A stretch of DNA of 64,000 nucleotides from a virus. Below are positions 25,901 to 34,610 of the stretch, one piece after another. The translations under genes were made by a program, and so were the position numbers. Under the pieces are notes generated by a model. It was not told where the DNA came from. It did not search any database and saw nothing but the letters and a program-made list of their open reading frames with translations. Numbering within the stretch: the first letter of the stretch is position 1; every line of letters begins with the position of its first letter. The stretch lies in IMG/VR virus record IMGVR_UViG_3300007770_000007, positions 1 to 64,000 of that record, one strand, 5' to 3'.

Positions 25901-28090
25901 GCCTCTCTGGGTCGGGATGCAGGCTTTCGTTCGTGGCTCATGGGGATCGTCAGTAAGTCCACGGTGGTCAAGGCGATCTTTGAGTGGGGTGAGCAAAAGC
26001 TGGACGGCCCAGCGGATCTTCCAGGAGGGTTGGTTCCCGAGGGCTACATCTGGAAGATGGGCGGTAGTTGGTACGCCAGCATTGGAGATGGTTTCCGGGT
26101 CCAGAAATACAGGAGCGAGCGCGAAGCTACCCGAGGGGTTCGGTTCTCGCGTGTGGCTCATACGCTTCTCCTGAAGCAAGCCACGAAGTCTGAAGCAGAG
26201 CGTGAAGAGGAAGAGGCCCAGCGACTTGTGCGTAAGTCCCCCAAGAAAAAGCCGCCTCGGGTGGACCTGGAACGCCGTCATGTCGAGGATTCGGATTCCG
26301 AAAGGGATCCCGATAAAGAGCAAGATCGGAAGGATACGTCCCACAACTTCAAGGACATCGCCGCCTCGATGGCCGCTCGGCGTGTAGCTTTTCGGTACAG
26401 GAAGGCCGAGGAGTTTACGGAGCAAGAGTGGAAGACGTATAAATCCAAGCACCCAGGGGCCAATAAGGACGACCACACGATCCGGTCAATAGGTGAGGAC
26501 GACGAGGATGGGGGTGCGTCCGAGGATACCTGGGAAGAACTTTCCTCTGATGAGCAAATGGATCTCTTGGCAGAGGGCGCAGGGACCGAGTTTGGGAAGA
26601 TTCAGGACGAATACCCCAACACCACGATCACTGAAGAAGACGTCCAGGACATGATGATGGAGCAAGCTGCGGAAGGGGTGGACCCTTTCAGCCCAGCAGC
26701 GGCCAAGGAACGCAAGGACCAGATCAAGAGCCAAGCGGCGATGGATTCGGCGTCCAACAACCTCGTCCTCCTTACCCAGTCTTTTGGAGGTGACGGGTCC
26801 GAGAAGGTTGAATCAGCCCTTCAAGGCTTGAAGGGTGATGACCGGGCAACATTCCTTGAATCATATGAGAAGGCGCAGGAAACCGCCAAGGCGCGGGACT
26901 CTGCGGTTCGAGGCGACCCTGCCGCCCGTAAAGAGTTGCTCACCCTTGCCGAAAGCCTTGATGCGGTTCTGGCCTCCATCAAGGACGGAAACCCAGGCGT
27001 GATGGGAGAGGTGCTGGCGCTATTCGAGTATGCCTCGAAGGTTCTGTTCAATCCTTCCCTCATAGACCCCGCCAACCCAGTCTCCGATAGCCAGGGTGTC
27101 GTGACGGGCGACGACCTCGCGAAGTCGAAAAAGCGCAGCGCAACTCATGCTGCGAATGCCTTTGAACGCTTCAAGGAGGCAAGCCCCGAGGAACGCGCCC
27201 ATTCCCGTGAAGCACTCGCCCAGCAGTTGGAGGGTCTTCCTGACGGGTCTGCCGCGAAGGTGGAGCTTCAAGGTGTTGTTTCAGGACTGCTTGCCGCGTC
27301 AGCTTTGCATGACGGGGAAGAGGCTACTGGCGTCGGACCTACGATGCAGCTTCTCGTCAAAGCACTCGATAAGGCTGGGGCAGCAGGTCCCGATGGGGCC
27401 TTGTTTGCACCGGTTGGGGGCGACCTTTCCACTCCAGAGGCGCAGGAGGGCATCCGGGCCGCCCTCACTGACGTGCTTGACGAAGACTGGGGAAGTTTGG
27501 TCGAGGAGGATGACCCCATCTTCCCTATCGCGGAGTTGTTGAGTGATGAATCCGCTGATTTGGGGATGGAGGATAAGCAGTTTCTTCGCACAATCATTGC
27601 TGATTATTTGACGGATGAAATCACGGTGGTGGAAGAGGCGACTCGCGAGGATCATCAAAAGGATGAGCCTACTACGGGCGACGTGAAGCAGAGCTTGAAG
27701 GAGCGCCGGAAGAAGGACAAGTCTCGGATGACGTCTGCCCTTCGGGATGCGAAAGGTCAGTTCTTGGACCAATCCGCTATTGACGAGGCGCAGGGTTCTG
27801 GGGCGAAGCAGGATGACGAAGACGCCGATACTTCTGCCGAGTCCGAGGGTGCAGGGTCGGAAGACACAGAAGAAAAGAAGGAGGAGGGTGCAGAGCGGAA
27901 GAAGGGATTCTTCGCCGCCCTTCTTGATGCCATCTTCCCTGATTCGAGAAAGGATAAATGGCAAGCCATCGTTGAAGGCGACGAGCCTGAATCTTCGACG
28001 GAAAAGACAGCCCTTGATCGTTATGATTTGCAGCCGTGGGACACTTCCAAACTTCCAACGGGAAACTCTGTCCCGTTAGATGCGCGGTAA
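22949..28090 (+). CDS. 1713-aa polyprotein: CCA/poly(A)-polymerase-type nucleotidyltransferase + PAP2 phosphatase + SH3-like domain + DNA topoisomerase IB + unknown helical domains
   Basis: VVGGAVRN..DID, RREFTFN, DPTRIIR; KWHFNRPRP, SYPSGH, R...GYHWPSD; RVGNE, GKSG, AKDLR, GH..TLRSQY. Confidence 0.88.
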   Translation: MAPRHPNPEAVATLKQAEMSTEASVALMKWLSRVTRKAGVAQHVYVVGGAVRNFLLEKPIKDIDMVVDSLALRGNRDAAWVAQQVARAIPAPTKVWTDSLMVSHITVEGPWSLDGHQMEGEEIEIVNARLEEYAVDPQTGEYTGHKPERVEPTTMEIDISRREFTFNTLMWTLLSLANGPDKAEIIDLTGCGLKDLKNREMRCPGDPDETFAQDPTRIIRTIKFAFKYGMKLPPDVKAAAIRQAKGLKRIPSKTQSILQKIVLDNPQYKKALDVMDRLGVNAVIKEIMLENKPFRSFMESHARKKGVAYMLDLMDVGIPVGAPISFLDAAQQKRFREVTSVMDRDAALDFLGMLRQTGSALGGATLALAQEHGYRQNEMRDFSPVLNRVVRDLLLEDPSLAASSSRLVQRVRRELPRQLPRRASSALVYGTPSDADRATMEAPTPIFPLAFEDFHLIPPPDQEETLEELQDLRELAEEQRPEAEEFIKESDGEILHLFDRLWRDHGVRVDKRWMREMVKQAKTHVAKLKWHFNRPRPYQVGDAIGQPFEALASETAHSPSYPSGHAIQAFLLGEASSRLDPEHAAEYFDLVDQIAWGRAQAGYHWPSDILYGVEVADHMADFMDVPEAWSPRVARIMERRASHALQRHRWAKTFTVNKGDPIWYGKYKNKRGIIDGFSTNEKGDVIITVEQVPNPTGRKQPKELKLFRVRPREVEEGKEASPRRVVAKYKSKKEVPKADGSGTTTVYEYGPRQVAQRHKEKAKRLEGLKASLSDLRGQVSEDMVSDDPETRLTALAVALLDKTYERVGNEKSADDRGHFGITTLRVSHLDLKDKKATFEYVGKSGVKQKKVVTDPQIIEVLKAAVDGKEGDERILCDGDDCQIRARHVNGYLKPFDITAKDLRGLHANEEMRVRLKDVRKKGESLPRGRKDRDKILKAEFKEALEAVAEAVGHQASTLRSQYLVPGLEDFYMKDGTVIDDLAKAASLGRDAGFRSWLMGIVSKSTVVKAIFEWGEQKLDGPADLPGGLVPEGYIWKMGGSWYASIGDGFRVQKYRSEREATRGVRFSRVAHTLLLKQATKSEAEREEEEAQRLVRKSPKKKPPRVDLERRHVEDSDSERDPDKEQDRKDTSHNFKDIAASMAARRVAFRYRKAEEFTEQEWKTYKSKHPGANKDDHTIRSIGEDDEDGGASEDTWEELSSDEQMDLLAEGAGTEFGKIQDEYPNTTITEEDVQDMMMEQAAEGVDPFSPAAAKERKDQIKSQAAMDSASNNLVLLTQSFGGDGSEKVESALQGLKGDDRATFLESYEKAQETAKARDSAVRGDPAARKELLTLAESLDAVLASIKDGNPGVMGEVLALFEYASKVLFNPSLIDPANPVSDSQGVVTGDDLAKSKKRSATHAANAFERFKEASPEERAHSREALAQQLEGLPDGSAAKVELQGVVSGLLAASALHDGEEATGVGPTMQLLVKALDKAGAAGPDGALFAPVGGDLSTPEAQEGIRAALTDVLDEDWGSLVEEDDPIFPIAELLSDESADLGMEDKQFLRTIIADYLTDEITVVEEATREDHQKDEPTTGDVKQSLKERRKKDKSRMTSALRDAKGQFLDQSAIDEAQGSGAKQDDEDADTSAESEGAGSEDTEEKKEEGAERKKGFFAALLDAIFPDSRKDKWQAIVEGDEPESSTEKTALDRYDLQPWDTSKLPTGNSVPLDAR

Positions 28091-28099
28091 CGTTCCTAT
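28085..28099 (+). promoter_or_regulatory. Putative late promoter CGGTA-N7-TAT
   Basis: Consensus match overlapping the polyprotein stop codon. Confidence 0.65.
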
Positions 28100-28142
28100 A
28101 CCTTCACCCTATGAGCGAGACTTGTGCTCGTGGAATCCCTGT

Positions 28143-28178
28143 CCTTACAGGACCCCCTTACAGGACCCCCTTACTGGA
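28143..28178 (+). repeat. 13-bp tandem repeat CCTTACAGGACCC x2 plus partial third copy
   Basis: Directly visible; third copy supplies the GGAG RBS. Confidence 0.85.
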
Positions 28179-28186
28179 GAATCGTC

Positions 28187-29248
28187 ATGGCCGACAACCT
28201 TACCCGGAGCGGGGCACGGGCCTTCACCGAGACCCTTGACCGTATCGCTACCGCCGTTCAACACAATGCAGCCCTTTTGGGCCTCCCCTCGAACATTGCC
28301 ACCGACTTCGCCTTCCGCTGCGATTTGGTTAGCGATGCGGTGGAGAAGCAAGCGGCGGCCAACTTCCCTTTGAAGCAAGCTGACTTCAACGCCGATGAGA
28401 TTGGCGAAGAGGTTCCGGGTCCTTTGGTTGATGATCCTCCCAATGCACAGATCGATGAACACTTCACCCAAGAGAAGTTCCACGAGCTTACCGAGATGGC
28501 AGACGCCGAAGAAGCCGCCGACAAGCTGGCTTCTCTGATGGAAGAGGCAGACCGCGTGATGGAAGCCGCGATGCCCACCATCAACGTCCAAGGATTCCGG
28601 GGCTTTACGGATCAGGTTCGCCGTTTAGACGAACTCTCCACCGAAATCGAGATGCTTGAAGCAGAGCTTGAGGCCGCCACCAGCGGCCTTTTGTCGCGCA
28701 AGAAGGATCTCGACAAGGAGATGAAGGCCGCCGTTGAGGTTCTCAAGAAAGACTACAAGGAGAATCTTTCGGCACAGGGCAACGTCATCATCGAGCGCAA
28801 GACCGCTCTGGTGGACGCCCAGGCAAGGTTGGCAGTCGTTGCTCGCAGGCGCACTCCGCAGAAGGTCCGGGATGAACTCCTGGCCGCTCTTGCCGAGGAG
28901 TACGGTGAGAGTATTCGTCAGCGCCTTCCTGAACTGGAGAACGCACTGCGCGAAGAAAAGAAGACTATGGCTGTCGCCTTCAAGGGATTCGAGCTTGAGA
29001 TGCGTACCGCGTCCGTTGCTGACAAGAACGCTGGTGTCCTCGACAAGCTGGTTCGCTTCCGCGAATGGCTCGTTGGTGGCCTGAAGCGCATTGTCGGTAT
29101 GGCAGAGCAGGCCACTCGTCTTTTCAAGGGCGTGGGCCGCAAGATGGAGAAGGACACCTCCATGTTCCTGCGGGAACTCGACCAGTTCGAGTCCGAGATG
29201 GGCAAGGCTGCCACCGAAGTCCACGGTTTCGATTTCTTTTCCGAGTAG
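28187..29248 (+). CDS. Coiled-coil putative head/internal protein
   Basis: GGAG RBS before ATG 28187; KQA, KLAS, RTAS, KNAG, KAAT motifs. Confidence 0.75.
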   Translation: MADNLTRSGARAFTETLDRIATAVQHNAALLGLPSNIATDFAFRCDLVSDAVEKQAAANFPLKQADFNADEIGEEVPGPLVDDPPNAQIDEHFTQEKFHELTEMADAEEAADKLASLMEEADRVMEAAMPTINVQGFRGFTDQVRRLDELSTEIEMLEAELEAATSGLLSRKKDLDKEMKAAVEVLKKDYKENLSAQGNVIIERKTALVDAQARLAVVARRRTPQKVRDELLAALAEEYGESIRQRLPELENALREEKKTMAVAFKGFELEMRTASVADKNAGVLDKLVRFREWLVGGLKRIVGMAEQATRLFKGVGRKMEKDTSMFLRELDQFESEMGKAATEVHGFDFFSE

Positions 29249-29257
29249 GAGTCTCCG

Positions 29258-29824
29258 TTGAAGACCGGCACTAACAACGTCAACTGGCAAGAGAGAGCCA
29301 CAGAGTTCTCTGTCGGTGATCTCGTGGGAATCTTCGGAGCCTACGAGTCTCAAGCAGGCCGCGTAACAGCGGTCTGGCCTGCTATTGGCATGATTGATGT
29401 TGAAATGCCTAACGGCAACAAGCGGTTCCCTGCGGAAGACCTCCAGCGTTACGACGGCAACGGTAACGCAGCCCCGCCTACCACAGACTCTGCTCCGGGA
29501 GGCCAGCCTACGGTTTCGGTTCCAGGAGGCCCTTACGGTAAGAGCGCGTCTGCTGAAAGAGTTGCTGAAGCAGCCGTGCGTAGAGCTTTGTACTGGGCAT
29601 CCACGGATCGTAAGTACAAGTTGACCCGCTCTGAAAAAGACGGTGGGGCTATCGGTTGTCCCAAGTGCAAGGAAGGCTCCCTCAAGCGAGCAATCTACAA
29701 GCGTAGGGACGGTGCCAGCGAGCGCCTGATGGGATGTCCTGGGTGCATGTTTCTCATCAAGGAACTCGATATTGTGAACTTCCTTGGGGATAACGCTGAA
29801 CTTGAAGTCGGAGAGGAGGGTTAG
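29258..29824 (+). CDS. SH3-like plus zinc-ribbon hypothetical protein
   Basis: FSVGDLV..GRVTAVW; CPKC...CPGC; KSASAERVA linker. Confidence 0.75.
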   Translation: MKTGTNNVNWQERATEFSVGDLVGIFGAYESQAGRVTAVWPAIGMIDVEMPNGNKRFPAEDLQRYDGNGNAAPPTTDSAPGGQPTVSVPGGPYGKSASAERVAEAAVRRALYWASTDRKYKLTRSEKDGGAIGCPKCKEGSLKRAIYKRRDGASERLMGCPGCMFLIKELDIVNFLGDNAELEVGEEG

Positions 29825-29826
29825 AC

Positions 29827-31239
29827 ATGGCTTTTGCCAAGTACGCCAAGGCGATGGTCCTCCATCCTCGTGTCAATGCTGCCTCTTGGGGCGGTATGCA
29901 GCGTACTGCGTCTTCTACCCCCACCCGCGACCTCTCCGCGCAAGCCACCACGATTCTCGGCACTCCTTTTAGCCCGGACCAGTACCTCCTTACCCACTGC
30001 ACTATTGTGGGATCGGTTGAGGTAGAGAAGGTAGCGGGCGCGAAACTCGGGAACGTCAAGATCGGCAGCCGTACCATCAACCGTAAGTACGCCGACTACT
30101 ACATCTCCCCTGAATCATCCGCGATGGTGAACAACAACGGGGATTCCTGGAGCCGGGATGTCTTGCTGAAGTCTTACCGGACTTTCATCGGCTCCCACAA
30201 CTTCCAGGAGCATGTCCAGATTGAGGAGCAGTCGAAGGGCCGCATCATTGATGCCGTAGCCCGTGACGTTGGCTCTTCGGTTTATATCGACATCCTCGTT
30301 GCCACTGACCGAAAGCACGCAGCACTTGTCCAGGACATTGAATCCGGCAAGATTGCAACGCTCTCTATGGGCTGCACCACGGATTTCACCATCTGCACGA
30401 AGTGCGGTCATGTTGCCGCTGATGAGACTGAACTTTGCGACCATATTCGGTATGCGAAGCTCAACACTTTCATGGATGGCGGCGGCAAGAAGCGCGTGAT
30501 TGCAGAGCTTTGCGGCCATCCCGACTACGATGAGACGGGTGGCGTGACGTTTATCGAGGCGTCTTGGGTAGCGACCCCGGCCTTTTCCGGCGCTGTCATG
30601 CGGAACATTTTGAGTCCTGCGGAGGCCACCTCCCAGACCCAGAAGTTGGAACAGGTCCTCTCCGCGCCCCCAGAGGCATGGTCGCAGGACGCGATTGCGA
30701 AGGCAGCCTCTACGGTACGCGCCTTTGGTTTTGGCGAGGATGATGAAAAGCCCGCCGAAGAGGCACCCGCTGATTCAGGGAAGCCTTTCACTGACATCGA
30801 AGACCAAATCTACGACATGGTGAAGAAGCGCGTTCAAGAGCGCCTTCAGAAAGACATGGCTGATTCCAACGTGGAAGAGCAACTGGATAACCCAGGTCCT
30901 CCGTCCACTTGGCCCAACGACACCCTTCAAAAAGAGGGCAAGCTCCACCAGTACAAGACTGCTATTCAGACGGTTGTGCGGGTGGCGTCCTCTGACGTAG
31001 CCCTCGTTGACGGGGTTGCTGCGGTCAATGATTCCTACGGAGTCAAAGTTGCACGGGACATTTACCGTGCGGTTTTGGCTGCGGGAACCCCTTCGAGCCA
31101 TCCTGACTTGAAGTCCTTTCTTGCTGCTCTTGGCTCCGCTACGGGTCGCAAGATGTCCTCTGCCGAAGTTCGGGTAGCAATCCGAGTCGGCTATCTGCTT
31201 TCCCGCCGGGCGAGCAAAACCACTCAATCCGTTACCTGA
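29827..31239 (+). CDS. Prohead maturation protease (assemblin/HK97-type serine protease fold)
   Basis: NNNGDSW, EH..SKGRIIDA, LSMGC..CTKCG, FIEASWVATPAF; directly upstream of scaffold and capsid genes. Confidence 0.8.
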   Translation: MAFAKYAKAMVLHPRVNAASWGGMQRTASSTPTRDLSAQATTILGTPFSPDQYLLTHCTIVGSVEVEKVAGAKLGNVKIGSRTINRKYADYYISPESSAMVNNNGDSWSRDVLLKSYRTFIGSHNFQEHVQIEEQSKGRIIDAVARDVGSSVYIDILVATDRKHAALVQDIESGKIATLSMGCTTDFTICTKCGHVAADETELCDHIRYAKLNTFMDGGGKKRVIAELCGHPDYDETGGVTFIEASWVATPAFSGAVMRNILSPAEATSQTQKLEQVLSAPPEAWSQDAIAKAASTVRAFGFGEDDEKPAEEAPADSGKPFTDIEDQIYDMVKKRVQERLQKDMADSNVEEQLDNPGPPSTWPNDTLQKEGKLHQYKTAIQTVVRVASSDVALVDGVAAVNDSYGVKVARDIYRAVLAAGTPSSHPDLKSFLAALGSATGRKMSSAEVRVAIRVGYLLSRRASKTTQSVT

Positions 31240-31258
31240 ATACACAAGGAGAATAGTC

Positions 31259-32581
31259 ATGAGTCGCGAACGAATGACCTGGACCGATGACAAGCAGGCT
31301 TCTGAAGCCCCTGCAACCCCGTCCGACAGCGAGGGAGCCGCAAGCCCCGCCGCCAAGGAAGACCCCGCACCAGAGGCTTATGCCAAGGGCGACACTGAAG
31401 AGTGGGCCGAAGGCAAGGACGAGTCTCCTGTGGTGGAAAGCGAAGCACCTGCTGTGCCCAGCGAGAGGCAGGCTGCTGCCATGCTTGAGCGCAAGGCTGC
31501 CAAGTGCATCCGTCTTGCAACTGCCATGCTTGGTGATGGCGCTTCTGTAGAGGCCATCGAAGACCAAGCTCTCGCCTTTATGGATATGGACGACCGTGCC
31601 CTCCATTCTTCCCTTTCTCGCCTTGGCGAAGATGCAGAGAAGAAGAAAGAGGACGAGGAAGGCGCAGAGGCAGAGGCAGCAAAGACCATCCAAGAGGACA
31701 AGGAGCACGCTGCTGAAGCCAAGAAGGCCGATGATTCTGCTGACGAGGCCATCGACAAGGATGATGCCAAGGCTGCTGAAGAGGATCTCGCCAAGGAAGC
31801 TACCGACAAGGAAGCTGTCGAGAACCGTCTTGCCAAGATCGAGGAAGCCTTGAGCATCCTTGTGGGAAAGAAGGCCGAGGATGACAGCGGCGACGAGGCT
31901 ATGGACGACGACAAGAAGGCTTCGGGCCACTTGGACGAAGACGAAGCCATGCTCGAAGCCATGCTTGCCGAGGAAGGCATGATGGAGAAGCCCGAGGCTA
32001 TGGAAGACCCCGAGGCGATGCTTGAGGAGATGCTTGCTGAAGCAGAAGCCGAGGCTATGGCCGAGGAAGTTGCCGAGGCCATGTCCGCAGACCCCGGTGT
32101 TCCCGGTGAGGAAGCCCTCTACGAAGATGGCGAGTCGCATGATCCGGGCGACCATGATCCCGACGGCTTCGAGGAGTCGATGGTGGTGGACGAGGCTGTC
32201 ATGATGGCAGATCCGGTTGTCGATGATCCGATGGGCGTCATGGCTCGCGACCTGGACGAAAAGGATAGCGAGATGCTCGCAGTTCTCTTCGGCAAGCAGG
32301 CTGACGACGATGACGACGAGGACAAGGACGAAAAGGAAGACCACGACGAGGGTGCCATCAAGGATGATGAGGACCACATCGAGTCCCTTGAGGAAGACAA
32401 GGACGAGGAAGAAAAGGACCTCAAGAAAGAGGAAAAGAAGGCGGCCCGTAAGCCCCAGCCTAAGAAGGCCAGCAAGGGCGCGAAGCGTCTTGGCGGTGTC
32501 TCCAAGTCGGCAGGCAACGAGGTCGGCAACCTTTCCCAGCTTTGGGAGTCTGCTCCCGACGTGAGCCGGTTCTTCAACTAA
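31259..32581 (+). CDS. Acidic capsid scaffolding protein
   Basis: Extremely D/E/A/K-rich, between protease and capsid genes; many K-x-A motifs. Confidence 0.75.
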   Translation: MSRERMTWTDDKQASEAPATPSDSEGAASPAAKEDPAPEAYAKGDTEEWAEGKDESPVVESEAPAVPSERQAAAMLERKAAKCIRLATAMLGDGASVEAIEDQALAFMDMDDRALHSSLSRLGEDAEKKKEDEEGAEAEAAKTIQEDKEHAAEAKKADDSADEAIDKDDAKAAEEDLAKEATDKEAVENRLAKIEEALSILVGKKAEDDSGDEAMDDDKKASGHLDEDEAMLEAMLAEEGMMEKPEAMEDPEAMLEEMLAEAEAEAMAEEVAEAMSADPGVPGEEALYEDGESHDPGDHDPDGFEESMVVDEAVMMADPVVDDPMGVMARDLDEKDSEMLAVLFGKQADDDDDEDKDEKEDHDEGAIKDDEDHIESLEEDKDEEEKDLKKEEKKAARKPQPKKASKGAKRLGGVSKSAGNEVGNLSQLWESAPDVSRFFN

Positions 32582-32593
32582 TCCCAACCCTTT

Positions 32594-32629
32594 CCCCCAG
32601 GCGTGGAGGGCAACTTTCACGCCTGGGGG
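32594..32629 (+). terminator. Strong hairpin after scaffold gene (terminator or mRNA stabiliser)
   Basis: CCCCCAGGCGTG/CACGCCTGGGGG stem; no clean U-tract. Confidence 0.5.
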
Positions 32630-32793
32630 GTCCAAGGTTTCTCCCTAACGGGACAAAAGGGACCTTCGGTTCAATAGATACTTGATACACCGTCTTATAG
32701 TTAGACGGTTTGCGTCTGGACTTGAAGGCATACGGCCCGAGAGTCTTTCATCACACCCCTTCCTGTAAACAGGGAGCACAGTCAGGAGAAATC

Positions 32794-33459
32794 ATGCCTT
32801 TGCTTGGACAGGCCAGCGGTGGGTGGACAGAGTCATCTTCGGCACTTCGTATTCTCAACTTGGGAATCCGAAACTCCGTGGGCGTTCTTACGAACGACTC
32901 CTTCACCCAGACCAACCCGCCAGTAGTTACGGCCACTTCAACTATCAGTACCAATGTTGACACCAGTGTTCTTGGTGCCCTCTCTGGTAGTATCGCGTAC
33001 ACTCGACCCGATCAGGGCGTCAACTTCATCGGCCCCAACGCCGAAGGTGTTGGTGCTGCGAACGAACTGTTCGTCTTGCCCCTCGGACTCTTCATCAACG
33101 ACGCCGTAGGTAACGCCTATGAGAACACTCCCGGTCCTGCATCGGGCAAGGGTCCTTACGTCAGCGGTCAGGGAACTTATGCTTCCTCGCTGTTCGAGAC
33201 CCAGTTCTTGGCCGCCTCTGGTGGTGGTGGTGCTGCTGGTGATGCAATCACCTGGACTACTGGAATGCGTATGATCGCTTCCCGTAACGGCTACCTCATG
33301 CCTCTCTGGGACATTGTCAACGGTGGCACCTTCGCCAACGCTGGTAACAGTTCCGATGTCGAGCATGGCCACGCCGCTGGAACCGAAACGATGATGGGTG
33401 TCCTCAAGATGCCTGCTGATGCAACCCAACCAGAGATCGTTTTCGATCTCCGCGTCTGA
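32794..33459 (+). CDS. Head decoration/cement protein
   Basis: AGGAG RBS; G/T-rich beta protein immediately before the major capsid gene; PLGLFINDA..SGKG motif. Confidence 0.6.
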   Translation: MPLLGQASGGWTESSSALRILNLGIRNSVGVLTNDSFTQTNPPVVTATSTISTNVDTSVLGALSGSIAYTRPDQGVNFIGPNAEGVGAANELFVLPLGLFINDAVGNAYENTPGPASGKGPYVSGQGTYASSLFETQFLAASGGGGAAGDAITWTTGMRMIASRNGYLMPLWDIVNGGTFANAGNSSDVEHGHAAGTETMMGVLKMPADATQPEIVFDLRV

Positions 33460-33474
33460 TAAGGAGTACACACA

Positions 33475-34347
33475 ATGTCAGTTGCAAACTCTGTGAAGCA
33501 GAAGCTGATCAGCGACTACATCGGTACTCCCCAGGGACGTGCCAAGCTCGCTGCATCAATGACTCAACCCCTGCGGCTTCGTCGCGACTACATGGCAGTG
33601 GGTCGTAAGACCTTCCTTGTCGAGCAGTTGCCCGACGGTGCCCTGCCGATTTACGACAAAGATCCTGATGTTACGGCATATGTGGTCGGTGAAGAAGGTG
33701 AGAACATTCTTGCCATCACCAAGCCTCGCCGCGTCATCTTTCCTTTGTTCGAGATCGCGTCCAACCCGGAGATCCCCCTGACCCAGATCAAGGAGCGTCG
33801 TTTCGACCTCATTGAGCGGGCACAGGATCTCGCCCGTGCCCAGATTCAGGCTGCTGAAGATGAGCGCGTGTTCGCCGTCCTTGACGCTATCGCAACCACT
33901 GGTTTCGACAGCATCGCTGGTGGTACGAACCCCGACACCCCCGTTGTTGCACCGATTAGCGGAGCCGTCCTTGCTGACGCCTTCTCGCTCATCGAGCGCC
34001 ACGACCTCCGGGTTGCTCGCGTGTTCATGAACGCTCGCGACTACGCTGACCTGCGTAAGTTTGGCCGGGACATCTTGGACATCGAAACGCAGCGCGAACT
34101 GCTGAAGACCGGCCTTATGGGCACCCTCTGGGGCGCACAGGTCATCGTCAGCCGCCTTGTCCCCGTGGGCACGGTGTATGTTTGCTGCGAGCCAGAGATG
34201 TTTGGACGTATCCCCGTCCGTACCGAACTGACCGTTCTTTCCGCAGACGATCCGAAGGCTCGCACCATCGGCTTCTCCTGCTTCGAGAACCTGGGTCTTG
34301 GTGCCTACAACCCCCGTGGTTTGGCCCGACTGACCATCACTCGGTAG
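33475..34347 (+). CDS. Major capsid protein (compact HK97 fold)
   Basis: Position after protease/scaffold/decoration; GRAKLAASMTQPLR..DY..GRK..LPDGALP.YDKD, AAEDERVF, GTLWGAQVIVS; strong RBS; terminator behind. Confidence 0.85.
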   Translation: MSVANSVKQKLISDYIGTPQGRAKLAASMTQPLRLRRDYMAVGRKTFLVEQLPDGALPIYDKDPDVTAYVVGEEGENILAITKPRRVIFPLFEIASNPEIPLTQIKERRFDLIERAQDLARAQIQAAEDERVFAVLDAIATTGFDSIAGGTNPDTPVVAPISGAVLADAFSLIERHDLRVARVFMNARDYADLRKFGRDILDIETQRELLKTGLMGTLWGAQVIVSRLVPVGTVYVCCEPEMFGRIPVRTELTVLSADDPKARTIGFSCFENLGLGAYNPRGLARLTITR

Positions 34348-34369
34348 CATTTAGCCGGTGACGGCTTCT

Positions 34370-34405
34370 GAAACCCCCGGTTGGTTCGCCAATCGGGGGT
34401 TTCTT
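34370..34405 (+). terminator. Intrinsic terminator after the major capsid gene
   Basis: 15-bp stem GAAACCCCCGGTTGG / CCAATCGGGGGTTTC with TTCG loop followed by TT. Confidence 0.8.
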
Positions 34406-34470
34406 GCGTTTGGGGGGTTCCCGTTCTGACTGGCTGCCGTAAAGAGTTCAAGAGGAGGGATGGGACACCC

Positions 34471-34610
34471 AGACTGATTCGACAAAGGTGGAGGGCGATC
34501 AAGACCCGTTGACCACTGCGCTACCCACAAGACCGAGCAGCGGCGAAACCTTGTCAGTCTAAACGCCATACGAGTACCGAGAGGTCCGGGACGAAAGTCT
34601 CGGGCCTCGT
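34471..34610 (+). ncRNA. Candidate structured non-coding RNA
   Basis: No plausible ORF; nested stems AGACT/AGTCT, GACAA/TTGTC, ACGAG/CTCGT enclosing GAGA and GAAA tetraloop hairpins. Confidence 0.4.

Noticed and set aside
22949-28090. Intein-mediated origin of the polyprotein
   Set aside because: No C/S-start blocks, LAGLIDADG motifs or HN-(C/S/T) junctions were seen; the SHN present is followed by F
28143-28178. Possible CRISPR mini-array
   Set aside because: The 13-bp units are directly adjacent with no spacers, and there are no cas genes
33475-34347. Encapsulin nanocompartment operon
   Set aside because: The small HK97-fold size fits, but the context of protease, scaffold, decoration, neck and lysis genes indicates a phage capsid
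34451-34477. Mini-ORF MGHPD behind an AGGAGG sequence
   Set aside because: It has only five codons and no independent support; noted only as part of the structured region
34471-34600. Hammerhead ribozyme or rRNA fragment
   Set aside because: CTGATTCGA does not match the CUGANGA core in the needed stem context; the rRNA likeness is limited to about 16 nt
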